IMG/VR virus record: IMGVR_UViG_2654588048_000003
Span: 14,809 to 78,808 of that record
From: a virus
Taxonomy: Duplodnaviria; Caudoviricetes
Strand: one strand, 5' to 3'
DNA: 64,000 nucleotides
The position numbers and the translations under genes are program-made. Below the pieces are notes generated by a model that saw nothing but the letters and a program-made list of their open reading frames with translations, did not search any database and was not told the origin of the DNA. Shown one piece after another: positions 48,450 through 57,657 of the stretch; position 1 is the first letter of the stretch, and every line of letters starts with the position of its first letter.

Positions 48450-49189
48450 TAGAAATTCTCCGAAATGAATTGTTCAGAACGTATTGGCTGAGTAATACGA
48501 GTACCAACACGGTGTTGATAGCGATCAGCTTGCTGGCTGTTCTGATAATTCAGCTTATGACTAGCAGTCACAAACCAGTTTTTGGGCTTTTCGGCTTGAA
48601 ACTCGATATCCAGCCGTTGCAGTTGAGTATCCAGATCGATGTGAGGGAAAATCCTTTTCCAGTTGTCATAGTTCTTTTGATTCAGTTTTATAACCTCTCC
48701 CTTGAACGCATATTTATTTTCCACACGAGGAGCTTTAGCGACTTTCGCTATTGTTTTAATAGGTTCATTGACTGGTTCAAAAGAGTGACTGGTTCTGGGT
48801 GTAATTTTTACACTAGGGGGTGGTGTAACGGTTACACTAGGTGGTGTAATTTCTTCACTAGGGTGGTGTAATTCTTTCACCACCTCTGGTGTAGTTTTTA
48901 CACTAGGGGGTATAATTTTTACACCATCAAGATTTAACCTATAAATGTTTGAAGAATTCCCCTTTTCCCCGCTTCTGTATATTTTTCTTACCAGCCCCAT
49001 CTCACACAGGACATTAATATGGTTAATAGCTGTTGTTCGAGTCATCTCGCACTGATCAGCTATGTGCTGGTAAGAAGGAAAGCATTCTCCTTTGTCATTG
49101 GCGTTATCAGCTAACTTGAGCAGTACCATCTTTCTTGCCGTACTGCCCACTTTTATTTGCATGGCCTTAGCCATCAGAATCATGCTCAT
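48449..49189 (-). CDS. Replication initiator (HTH, O-like)
   Basis: KLADNANDKGECFPSY; internal iterons. Confidence 0.9.
   Translation of the reverse strand: MSMILMAKAMQIKVGSTARKMVLLKLADNANDKGECFPSYQHIADQCEMTRTTAINHINVLCEMGLVRKIYRSGEKGNSSNIYRLNLDGVKIIPPSVKTTPEVVKELHHPSEEITPPSVTVTPPPSVKITPRTSHSFEPVNEPIKTIAKVAKAPRVENKYAFKGEVIKLNQKNYDNWKRIFPHIDLDTQLQRLDIEFQAEKPKNWFVTASHKLNYQNSQQADRYQHRVGTRITQPIRSEQFISENF
48798..48925. repeat. Origin iterons, six copies of GGTGTAAnnnTTACAC
   Basis: Copies at 48798, 48822, 48843, 48865, 48888, 48909. Confidence 0.85.
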
Positions 49190-49319
49190 TTTCTTATTCC
49201 TTGGTTGGATCTTTCACCAAAGTTTTATGCACAGCGCTGTGATTAAATTTCGTTTTCATGTATAATTAACCTCGTTGAAATGGTGTTTTGAGAGGGACTT
49301 GCATACTTCCTCTCAGTCA

Positions 49320-49682
49320 TTAAATCGATAGTTCGAATTGCATTTCAGAAGCCTCAACTGCTACAACAGTTGGGGTTTTTCTTTTTATCTTTCCCTTACA
49401 TTCCAGAGCCTGAATCAATCGTTCAGCGTGTTCGCCTTCAATAACGACCATCTGCTTATGATCTGGCATTTCAATCGCCCATTCAGGAATGCCGTATTTA
49501 GCAACCAATCTGCTAGCCAGTTTTACTATCCGGCTCTTTTCCCGACTCAATCCCGTTGGGTGAATCCCCATGTCTCTAGCTAACGGGCTGTTCCCAGTTT
49601 CCGCGGCTGATTTGAACCAAAATGTTTCCAGCTCTTGAGGCTTACACGTAACGCGAGTATTGCGAGTTTTTGCGACGACCAT
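49320..49682 (-). CDS. CII-like activator
   Basis: Between cro and rep; LARDMGIH.T.LSR.K; Q.ELS tail. Confidence 0.7.
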   Translation of the reverse strand: MVVAKTRNTRVTCKPQELETFWFKSAAETGNSPLARDMGIHPTGLSREKSRIVKLASRLVAKYGIPEWAIEMPDHKQMVVIEGEHAERLIQALECKGKIKRKTPTVVAVEASEMQFELSI

Positions 49683-49849
49683 CTGCTACAGTTCCTATAG
49701 TTAAGTTTTGTTTAATTAATAAACGATAGATATCGTCTATCCTGAGATAGATGATGGATATAGGGGTAATATTGCCCACAGAATATTGGGCGGACTAATC
49801 CTCTTTAAGAGGGGTAGTTATGGTTTAGCCTACCAACAAGGGGGGTTGA

Positions 49850-49891
49850 TAGGGACTCTCCACACGGGCGGAGCATTCATTGTAAAAAGCG
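49850..49891 (-). promoter_or_regulatory. nutR-like site
   Basis: boxA-like CGCTTTTTACA plus 35-bp element identical to 52372-52406. Confidence 0.75.
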
Positions 49892-49897
49892 TTCGAA

Positions 49898-50086
49898 TTA
49901 AAGGTTTTTACTTTTGACTAATTTATCTAATGGTATTCCCAGTTTTTCATGGATTTGGGCATATCTTGCAGGAGGTATACACCCCTTTTTAATCCACTGG
50001 CGGACTGCTTGATCCTTAATACTTAACATTCTGGCCAACGCTGGTACTCCACCAGCTTTTTCTATTGTTACATCCAGTATGCTCAT
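49898..50086 (-). CDS. cro: Cro repressor
   Basis: AGGVPALARML.I..QAV.QW..KG.IP. Confidence 0.88.
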   Translation of the reverse strand: MSILDVTIEKAGGVPALARMLSIKDQAVRQWIKKGCIPPARYAQIHEKLGIPLDKLVKSKNL

Positions 50087-50123
50087 AAGATTTTCCTTTT
50101 TTACTATCAACAACAAATAAAAT

Positions 50124-50187
50124 ACAAGAGATACTTTAAAAAGTAAAGTTTTGCTTGCTACTAAATTAAAAGTCTTGCTTGTATATT
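50124..50187. promoter_or_regulatory. oR operators and PRM (cI probably leaderless)
   Basis: 15-bp ACAAG-N5-CTTGT-like sites at 50124, 50144, 50168; TATATT 6 bp before cI ATG. Confidence 0.65.
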
Positions 50188-50193
50188 TGAGGT

Positions 50194-50904
50194 ATGAAAA
50201 CCATGCACGAACGAATCAAGCAAGCCAGACTTGCAAAAAAAATAACTCAAGCTGAATTGGCAGATATGCTTGGTGTTACCCCACAGTCTGTACAACAGTG
50301 GGAGTCAAGTACAGAGCCAAGGAAATCAAGACTAACAGCATTGGCTTCTATCCTTAAAGCTGATGTTAATTGGCTTTTGTTTGGTGAGACTACTAATCCA
50401 CTCAAGAAGGATGCTGGGCAACTCCCACCTGAAAACGAATGGACAACTATTTCGCCGTGGGACAGTAAAACCCCATTAGATAGCGACGAGGTGGAAGTGC
50501 CATTCTTGAAGGATATTGAATTTGCATGTGGCAGCGGTAGATGTATTGACGTGGACTACAACGGCTTTAAGTTGAGATTTTCTAAAGCGACGTTACGGAG
50601 AATCGGTGTTCCGACAGATGGATCAACAATTCTATGTTTCCCTGCAAAGGGAGATAGCATGGAACCAGTTATTCCAGATGGGACAGCAATAGCAATAGAT
50701 ATTTCTAATAAGAAAATTATTGATGGAAAAGTATATGCGATTGAACAGGATGGGTTAAAACGCCTTAAATGTCTTTACAGGCGCCCAAAAGGGAAGCTAC
50801 TTATCAGAAGTTATAACCGTGATGAATACGAAGATGAGGTTGCAGATGAAGATCAAGTAAGCATCATCGGGAAAATGTTCTGGTATTCCGTTTTAGATTA
50901 CTAA
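50194..50904 (+). CDS. cI: CI repressor (HTH + S24 peptidase)
   Basis: TQAELADMLGVTPQSVQQWE, ACGSG, GDSMEP, LKCL. Confidence 0.95.
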   Translation: MKTMHERIKQARLAKKITQAELADMLGVTPQSVQQWESSTEPRKSRLTALASILKADVNWLLFGETTNPLKKDAGQLPPENEWTTISPWDSKTPLDSDEVEVPFLKDIEFACGSGRCIDVDYNGFKLRFSKATLRRIGVPTDGSTILCFPAKGDSMEPVIPDGTAIAIDISNKKIIDGKVYAIEQDGLKRLKCLYRRPKGKLLIRSYNRDEYEDEVADEDQVSIIGKMFWYSVLDY

Positions 50905-50913
50905 GGTTATGGA

Positions 50914-52065
50914 ATGGAAAATTTTAAGATAAAAATAAAACATCATGTTGACCACATTAATAATGCAGGTCAACACTGCACCACCGAAGAAACGACTAAG
51001 CAGGCATTAATATTGCCTTTTTTAGATATTCTTGGGTTCAGCCCATATGACCCTCAAAAAGTCAAAGCCGAGTATGGAGCAGATTTCCCAGGAGTAAAAG
51101 CAAATGAGCGGGTGGATTATGCCTTGTTCTGTCAAGGCGTTCCAGTCATGTTTATTGAGGCAAAAGGGTACAACGAAAAGCTGGATAACCATTGCCCTCA
51201 GTTATCTAGATATTTTAACTCCACCCCAGAAGTTACTATTTCGGCAATTACAAATGGTTTAGAGTGGCGTTTCTTTACCGACTTGAAGCAAAAAAACGTA
51301 ATGGATCCTACCCCATTCTTGCGCATTAAAATGGATGAGGTTAGCGATGCAGACGTAGGACAACTCTATCGATTTAGACACGATAAATTCAAACCAGAAG
51401 CACTAAGAACACTTGCAGAAGAAAGTGTTTACTTATCTGCATTTACTAAAACTATTAGCACCAGCTTGAGAGATATTGATAGTGAATTTGTAAGATATGT
51501 TGCCAGTAGATCTAATGTAGAACGCCAATTAAATCAACGTTTTATTGAATCAATTACCCCGCTAGTAAAGCAAGCTGTTGAGAAATCAGTCAGTGCAATG
51601 GTCGTTTCCGGTCTTTCAAATAAACACGTTCCAATTGAAGGTATTCAAGACGAAGTCGAACCTCAAGAAAACCTGAAAGAATCAGATGATATAGTCGATC
51701 CAAACAATCCTAATATTGTTACTACCAAAAACGAATTATCTCTATATGAAAAAGCAAAATCAATAATCGGGGATTCTATTGATTTGCAATACAAGGATAC
51801 AGAGTCTTATTTTAGTATTCTTTATCAAGGAAAATCAAATAGATGGATAATAAGATATTTTGACAAGAAGAATAAACCTTACATTCAAATACCTATTGAG
51901 CTAACTGACATATTAGTCAATGAAGTTAATAGGGCTGGTTTATCTGCCAATAACTCAAGAATATTTATAGAAACTCCAGAAGATATATTGAGGATAACAG
52001 GCATTATACTTGATGCTTTTGAGTTCGTTAAGAACGATGATAACTTTAGAAAGAAAGTGCAGTAA
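50914..52065 (+). CDS. HsdR_N-like PD-(D/E)xK nuclease domain protein in the cI operon
   Basis: EETTKQALILPFL..LG, VDYAL, IEAK, QLSRYF, ITNG..WRF. Confidence 0.85.
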   Translation: MENFKIKIKHHVDHINNAGQHCTTEETTKQALILPFLDILGFSPYDPQKVKAEYGADFPGVKANERVDYALFCQGVPVMFIEAKGYNEKLDNHCPQLSRYFNSTPEVTISAITNGLEWRFFTDLKQKNVMDPTPFLRIKMDEVSDADVGQLYRFRHDKFKPEALRTLAEESVYLSAFTKTISTSLRDIDSEFVRYVASRSNVERQLNQRFIESITPLVKQAVEKSVSAMVVSGLSNKHVPIEGIQDEVEPQENLKESDDIVDPNNPNIVTTKNELSLYEKAKSIIGDSIDLQYKDTESYFSILYQGKSNRWIIRYFDKKNKPYIQIPIELTDILVNEVNRAGLSANNSRIFIETPEDILRITGIILDAFEFVKNDDNFRKKVQ

Positions 52066-52074
52066 TTGTAACCA

Positions 52075-52097
52075 GCCACCACCACTCGGTGGCTTTT
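52075..52097 (+). terminator. Terminator of cI operon
   Basis: AGCCACC stem followed by T-tract. Confidence 0.7.
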
Positions 52098-52226
52098 CTA
52101 CCCTATACCCTTCACTATCTCACCTAAAAATGCCTAATTGGTCACATTTACAACAATCAATAAAAATAAATCCACTTTAAAAACAAGTAAATATAAATTT
52201 TTACGAGCATATCTACATTTATAAAG

Positions 52227-52261
52227 ACAAGTAATACTTGTTTTTATAAAGTAATGCTTGT
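52227..52261. promoter_or_regulatory. oL operators/pL
   Basis: ACAAGTAATACTTGT (52227-52241) and TAAAGTAATGCTTGT (52247-52261). Confidence 0.7.
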
Positions 52262-52371
52262 ATATTCTAACCATCGAACAGGCAGGATGCCCACGAAGTA
52301 GCCGCCAGTGGCGTAAGAAGAACTGGATGATTCGATAAGAAGCACCAAAAGAATCAAGTTAAAGCAGTACC

Positions 52372-52406
52372 TACAATGAATGCTCCGCCCGTGTGGAGAG
52401 TCCCTA
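52372..52406 (+). promoter_or_regulatory. nutL-like site
   Basis: Identical to the reverse complement of 49850-49884. Confidence 0.75.
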
Positions 52407-52559
52407 CCCAAAGTGATTTTTGGGGCGTGGTTAGCAGAGTCTAAGGATAGACACAGAGTCACTGTAAAGTTTGCGCATATCTTTTAGCTACGCGCAAATT
52501 GCAAACAGTCTCTCAGTTCATTAACTGCGCCCCAAAACTTACTAATTGAGGGTAACCAA

Positions 52560-52940
52560 ATGGAAAGTATCACTATTCTACCTAAAGGCGGTCGGTTGAG
52601 TTCCAAAATGTGCCGCTATCTGGAACGTGGCGATCTAGTGACTCATCACCGTTTAGAAGAACACATTCGCCAGTCTGAAATAAAAGCATTGGAAAATATC
52701 ATTGATGAGGCATTCGGAGTGGAAACCGAACCGCGCAAGGTATTAACCATTCAGCGCAAGCCACAAAATGATGGCGTTAATGTAATAGCCAATCTGATTG
52801 TTCAGGCTAAGGGGCTTTCTAATGAGCCACAAGAAGACAGCTTCAATAACTGCTGCTTACCACATGTAGCTCTTTACTCAACTAAGCAAAGAGCTAGCAA
52901 TCGGATACTGGAGTCAGGCGGGGTTACGGCGAGGGGTTAG
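52560..52940 (+). CDS. Probable N-like early antiterminator
   Basis: First pL gene after nut and a long leader hairpin; arginine-rich motif weak. Confidence 0.55.
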   Translation: MESITILPKGGRLSSKMCRYLERGDLVTHHRLEEHIRQSEIKALENIIDEAFGVETEPRKVLTIQRKPQNDGVNVIANLIVQAKGLSNEPQEDSFNNCCLPHVALYSTKQRASNRILESGGVTARG

Positions 52941-53440
52941 AATGTACTTTTTGCCAATTCAGAGAGAACTTGTGTTACGGAACCTGCGTTAGCGAATAAA
53001 GTATCAACGCACTTACCCACAACAGATTCGGCACCCTTTTCTTTCACCAATTGCAAAAGGGTTTTCTTTTCTGACTCAGGCAAATTAGCAGACAGGATAA
53101 TTGTTTCAATCTGCTCAAGGGTATTTTGGTGAATCTTGATAGTTACCGTATTGATTTTATTTCCGATGGTGTCCATGTTGGCACAGTCAACACCCGCAGC
53201 AGTTAATGCCATCTTGTTAAGATTAAATGAATAAGGCTCATCATCGGTAGTGCCAATCTCAACCGCACCTAATTGAACTAATCCAATAGATTGTAGGTAA
53301 CTCAGATCTTTCGCTAATTTTTCCTCACCAAGTTCATCAATAAGAGACTGAAATTTTTCAGTGCTTATCGGACTCATTAAATACTCTCTGTCATTCATTG
53401 CGCGGATAATCATATCTTGCCTCTCTGATGGCGTAGTCAT
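52937..53440 (-). CDS. Counter-oriented accessory protein at the sieB-like position
   Basis: 167 aa, opposite to the pL operon; winged-helix-like pattern. Confidence 0.7.
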   Translation of the reverse strand: MTTPSERQDMIIRAMNDREYLMSPISTEKFQSLIDELGEEKLAKDLSYLQSIGLVQLGAVEIGTTDDEPYSFNLNKMALTAAGVDCANMDTIGNKINTVTIKIHQNTLEQIETIILSANLPESEKKTLLQLVKEKGAESVVGKCVDTLFANAGSVTQVLSELAKSTF

Positions 53441-53577
53441 TATTTGTCCTTTTTGTTTGCTGGGGAGATTGAATTATAACCGATTTTGTTGCTGGGGAGT
53501 AGCAGAACCACTGCCGCCTGAGGTGGTTAAATATGCAGGTACATCAAATCAACAACAGTAACAGCGAGGGTGTGAAG

Positions 53578-53889
53578 ATGGCATTAGACCACGGAATTTT
53601 AAATATTCCACTGCACAAACGTGGAAATATCGACAGGGACATTGATAAATGGAAAGCGGAACAGACCAAGGAAAAGAGCAAGCGGCTGGATGAAATTAAC
53701 TATCAACGCGAACAGGAACGGAAAGAAGCTGAGCGGTTATTTAAATTGGTTGATAGAAAGCTGATGTGGGCGGAGGCTAAACGAATTGGCATGAGCCTGC
53801 CCGATTTTCGTCTGGAATTAAAATTAATGGTTTTTAACAGGCCAAAACAGGCAGAAAAAATATTACCGCGATTGATTAAACAAGATTAA
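53578..53889 (+). CDS. Hypothetical protein
   Basis: ORF with GAGG RBS. Confidence 0.65.
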   Translation: MALDHGILNIPLHKRGNIDRDIDKWKAEQTKEKSKRLDEINYQREQERKEAERLFKLVDRKLMWAEAKRIGMSLPDFRLELKLMVFNRPKQAEKILPRLIKQD

Positions 53890-53939
53890 CTAACTCCAGC
53901 TAATTCCAAGTAAATAATATTAATTCTGAGGGTATAAAT

Positions 53940-54308
53940 ATGACTACATTAACAAGCACTTCTGAATTATTAGCGGCTGAATGTAGAAAAGATTATGTTC
54001 ATTACCGTCATTTGGCTAACCTATTTTCTCCTCGTTCTCAAGACCGTAATTTTTTCAATAAAAAGGCTTGGTTGCAGCGTAAAAAATTTCGTGATTGGTC
54101 TGCTGTTTTAGTCAAACAAAGTAAATTTATTTCTACTTGTAAAAACTATGGTTTTGATGTGATTGAAGTCGGAGATACTAAGTACGATATTTTCAAAGGT
54201 AATAAATTTATTGCTACTGCTTTCTATGACAAACACACTAATAGAGTGTGGGATAGTTATAATTGTGTTCATCATTTAAATGATTATGTAAGTAAGATTC
54301 ATTCTTAA
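53940..54308 (+). CDS. AT-rich hypothetical protein
   Basis: ORF with RBS. Confidence 0.65.
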   Translation: MTTLTSTSELLAAECRKDYVHYRHLANLFSPRSQDRNFFNKKAWLQRKKFRDWSAVLVKQSKFISTCKNYGFDVIEVGDTKYDIFKGNKFIATAFYDKHTNRVWDSYNCVHHLNDYVSKIHS

Positions 54309-54371
54309 TATAATTAACTCCAGCCCATTCCGAGTGGGCTGTGGTGAGTTAATCATTAACACGAGGTAGAT

Positions 54372-55208
54372 ATGGAAACTAAATTTTTATCAGATGGCCG
54401 CAAAGTTGCAGTTCTGGGAAAGTTAAATGCTCAGGAAAGCATAGTTCAGGAAATATTTGTTACTGAATCAGGCGTTGAAATACCAAGCGGCGAGAATTTT
54501 ACCACCAAAAACCTGCACGATGAGCCAGTGAAAAGTTATCAAGCTAAACAGCTAGAAGTCCATGAGGCTGGGATTGAAAAGGCGAAGCAAGAGCGTAATC
54601 GGATTGACAGTCAAATAAAGGATATCAAAAACAAACTTTCTGCTTACCGTGACATTTTAAAAAGCGTGACGATGTTATCTGAAAATATTAATGAACATGA
54701 TTTCTCTCATTTTCTAGATGTCATTACGGGTAATGTTAAATATGCTGTACAGGTTAATAGTTACAGTATGCCAAAAATAGAACCCGCTATAGAATATATG
54801 ACTATTATTGAACATGATTACGGTAATAGAAAATATAAAGGTTTGCGATTATTGAGTGTGCTGGGTAATTCAAACGGGAATTTAGCCTATAAAATTAATC
54901 GATGGGGTGATGGCAGTGGTGGCTATGATGATGTCGTATTTTTCAATGATATTCAGCCAGCGAGGGAATACGTTAAAAATATTGCATTAAATAGAATTAA
55001 TTCCCTGAATTTATCATCTGTTCGTAATCTGCAATCTATGGGAATTAAATTTACACAAAATGAATTGGAAATGATTAAAAAATCCATTCAAGAGGCCGAA
55101 ATCAAAAACTTCGATAATTCAAAGCAAGAACATCTGAAACGAAAAATGGCTCACGAAGAGAATATAAAATCCATCGATGCTGTTATCGAAAAGTTACTAT
55201 CTCAATAG
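54372..55208 (+). CDS. Conserved phage hypothetical protein
   Basis: DGRKV.V.GKLN.QE.IVQEIFV, EIPSGENF. Confidence 0.75.
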   Translation: METKFLSDGRKVAVLGKLNAQESIVQEIFVTESGVEIPSGENFTTKNLHDEPVKSYQAKQLEVHEAGIEKAKQERNRIDSQIKDIKNKLSAYRDILKSVTMLSENINEHDFSHFLDVITGNVKYAVQVNSYSMPKIEPAIEYMTIIEHDYGNRKYKGLRLLSVLGNSNGNLAYKINRWGDGSGGYDDVVFFNDIQPAREYVKNIALNRINSLNLSSVRNLQSMGIKFTQNELEMIKKSIQEAEIKNFDNSKQEHLKRKMAHEENIKSIDAVIEKLLSQ

Positions 55209-55250
55209 CCTCGCCAATGCGAGGTTTTTTATTACCTGAATAATAGGAGA

Positions 55251-55661
55251 ATGATGATGCTGAGTGATAAAAAACAGCAACTCGTTTCTGAATCATCCAG
55301 GCAGCTCAATGCACTGGGCATTAATCACACCACTGATATCTGTGGAACTATAACGGTACAAACCAAACAAGGAAAAGTTATTTACTATCCAACAAAAAAC
55401 AAAATCCAATACAAAGGAACTGTTACCGCAGGAGGATTAAATAACGTTAAAAATTTGGTTGAGTCATTAGGGTTATCTGGCGATAAAACTCCACAAAAGA
55501 ATAAACCGGATGAGATGACACTGAGGGATTATTTTGCAGGATTAGCCATTACCGGATCCGCTAATTGGCCTATTAATCAAGACCAACTCGAATTATATGC
55601 TAAAGGGGCTTATCAAATAGCTGATGCAATGTTAGAAGCACGGGAGAATAACAATGGCTAA
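55251..55661 (+). CDS. Hypothetical protein with MTLRDYFA domain
   Basis: MTLRDYFA..A, AY.IADAML.AR. Confidence 0.75.
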   Translation: MMMLSDKKQQLVSESSRQLNALGINHTTDICGTITVQTKQGKVIYYPTKNKIQYKGTVTAGGLNNVKNLVESLGLSGDKTPQKNKPDEMTLRDYFAGLAITGSANWPINQDQLELYAKGAYQIADAMLEARENNNG

Positions 55662-56058
55662 ACCACATGTACACGCTGATTTAATGATGAAAGCAGCGGA
55701 AATTGCGCAGACTGATGCTGAATGGTGGAAACATTTTCAAGCAAAAAATGACGATAAAATTGGATGGAGAAATTTAGGAGGAGAAATTGCGTTTATAGAA
55801 GGTACTGGTTTCGAATACCGCCTAAAACCCAGAACTGTAAAAATAGGCTCGGTCGATGTGCCGGAACCCGTGAGGGAGCCGTTGGAAGAAGGACAGGACT
55901 ATTATTTTCTGGATTTGGGTGGTGAAAGTTATTATGACGAAACCTTTTGGTTGGGGGATCTGGATGATGTCGATAGGTTAAATCGCTGCCTAATCCATCT
56001 CGACCGCGAATCAGCTGTAATGCACGCCAAAGCACTCCTCAGTCTGACGGCAAAATGA
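55654..56058 (+). CDS. Hypothetical phage protein
   Basis: HVHADLM, EYR.KP, VPEP. Confidence 0.75.
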   Translation: MAKPHVHADLMMKAAEIAQTDAEWWKHFQAKNDDKIGWRNLGGEIAFIEGTGFEYRLKPRTVKIGSVDVPEPVREPLEEGQDYYFLDLGGESYYDETFWLGDLDDVDRLNRCLIHLDRESAVMHAKALLSLTAK

Positions 56059-56132
56059 TTCCCGATAGTTTCTATTATTATTCTCTCACAATTCTAGCCG
56101 TCATATTCACTCTACTCATCACCAGATAAATC

Positions 56133-56273
56133 ATGCAAATCAACAAACGTCTTCTATGTCAGGCGCAAGAACTGGCATTGGAAGCTGTTCGCCTGCGCTC
56201 TGGAGACGTTTTGCGTTCCAGCGTCGTTTGGCGGTCGGCTATGGAAATACTCAAACGCAGTTATGGGAGGTAA
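56133..56273 (+). CDS. Kil-like small protein (46 aa, not in ORF track)
   Basis: MQINKRLLCQAQELALEAVRLRSG...W..AMEILKR; upstream of recombination genes. Confidence 0.45.
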   Translation: MQINKRLLCQAQELALEAVRLRSGDVLRSSVVWRSAMEILKRSYGR

Positions 56274-56275
56274 GC

Positions 56276-56479
56276 GTGTTAAAAATCAAACTCAATAGCA
56301 ACTGGTTAAAGATAGAGCCTGATGGACGCGGAGGATCAGTGCTAATCATTGAAGATGGCGTTAAATGGCAATTGGAAGGCAACGGCAAGGAAATCATGTG
56401 CAATACCACTGGCTTAGAGCGCGAGGATATTATTTCGATTCTCAATGACCATTATCAGGATGAACGGGAGGTCGCATGA
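56276..56479 (+). CDS. Hypothetical protein
   Basis: GGAGG RBS, GTG start. Confidence 0.55.
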   Translation: MLKIKLNSNWLKIEPDGRGGSVLIIEDGVKWQLEGNGKEIMCNTTGLEREDIISILNDHYQDEREVA

Positions 56480-56640
56480 GATACGACTACACCCTCTATG
56501 GCGCTCAGGATGAGCAACATAAACGGAAATACACGGATGAACAAATAGCCGAGCACGAGGAACTGGCATACAAGCGGGAGGTGTTGGGTATGGAGGGATT
56601 GTCCGTCAGTGCTCAGGATTTCGCAGGAGATTTCACATGA
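56476..56640 (+). CDS. Small hypothetical protein (54 aa)
   Basis: GGAGG RBS; ATGA-coupled at both ends. Confidence 0.6.
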   Translation: MRYDYTLYGAQDEQHKRKYTDEQIAEHEELAYKREVLGMEGLSVSAQDFAGDFT

Positions 56641-56978
56641 CCAGCAATCACTGGCGCTCATATGGCTGTTTCGTGCCGAAAGACCCGATAGAGCAGCAGC
56701 GATACCTCAAGGAATTGGTCTTCGCAACAATGATAAATAACACCCCGCACCCCGCAAGTAAAAAATTGTCGGAACGAGTTCGTGAAGAGCGGGCGGGACA
56801 AGCCAACCACGAAGCCGCATTAAATCATCCCCCGCTACCCCAGCACATGGCACAGCAACGCACTGAACAGGAACGTCAGGCGTGGCGGGATTATTACGCA
56901 ACTCATCACATAGAATATGACCATTATAAGGGTCATTCACCGACCCGCCGTCATGGTGGTATCTGGACAGGAGACTAG
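56637..56978 (+). CDS. Hypothetical protein
   Basis: Coupled ORF ending GGIWTGD. Confidence 0.65.
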   Translation: MTSNHWRSYGCFVPKDPIEQQRYLKELVFATMINNTPHPASKKLSERVREERAGQANHEAALNHPPLPQHMAQQRTEQERQAWRDYYATHHIEYDHYKGHSPTRRHGGIWTGD

Positions 56979-56980
56979 TT

Positions 56981-57652
56981 TTGACGACATACAGAGTAGT
57001 AGATACAGAAACCTGTGACATGGACAGTGGGATTGTTGAGATAGCAAGTATCGACATGGTAGACAGTGAAATTTATTACAACCTTCAGCGGTCACACTTT
57101 GTAAACCCACATAAATCAATCTCAATAAACGCAATGGCTATTCATCACATCACTGATGAAATGGTGGCTGACTCTCCGCTTATTGATGAAGTTATCAGTA
57201 ATTACAAAGGCGCTGATTATCTGGTTGCGCATAACGCAGAGTTCGATAAGCGAATGATGCCGGAAATGGATGCGCCATTTATCTGTACATTAAAACTAGC
57301 AAGGCGTTTATGGCCTGAGTTAGAGAGTCACAGTAATCAATATCTACGCTACGCACTGAAACTGGATGTTCATGTGCCAGAGGGATTGCATGCTCACAGG
57401 GCGTTGTATGACTGTATTGTCACAGCCGCGTTATTTAAACGTATCAAGGATGAATCAGGTTGGTCTGACGAGGAAATGCTGGAAATCAGTAATCAACCCT
57501 CATTATTGCATAAGTTCAAGTTTGGCAAACATAAGGGAATGACATTCGAAGAGGTTGCGCAAACTAACCCCAGCTATTTCACATGGTTATTGAAGCAACC
57601 TGACCTTGATCCTGATGTTGAGTTCACAATCAATTATTGGTTAGCGAGGTAG
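56981..57652 (+). CDS. ExoX-like DEDDh exonuclease
   Basis: VDTET, VAHNAEFD, AHRALYD, FGKHKG. Confidence 0.92.
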   Translation: MTTYRVVDTETCDMDSGIVEIASIDMVDSEIYYNLQRSHFVNPHKSISINAMAIHHITDEMVADSPLIDEVISNYKGADYLVAHNAEFDKRMMPEMDAPFICTLKLARRLWPELESHSNQYLRYALKLDVHVPEGLHAHRALYDCIVTAALFKRIKDESGWSDEEMLEISNQPSLLHKFKFGKHKGMTFEEVAQTNPSYFTWLLKQPDLDPDVEFTINYWLAR

Positions 57653-57657
57653 TCAAT

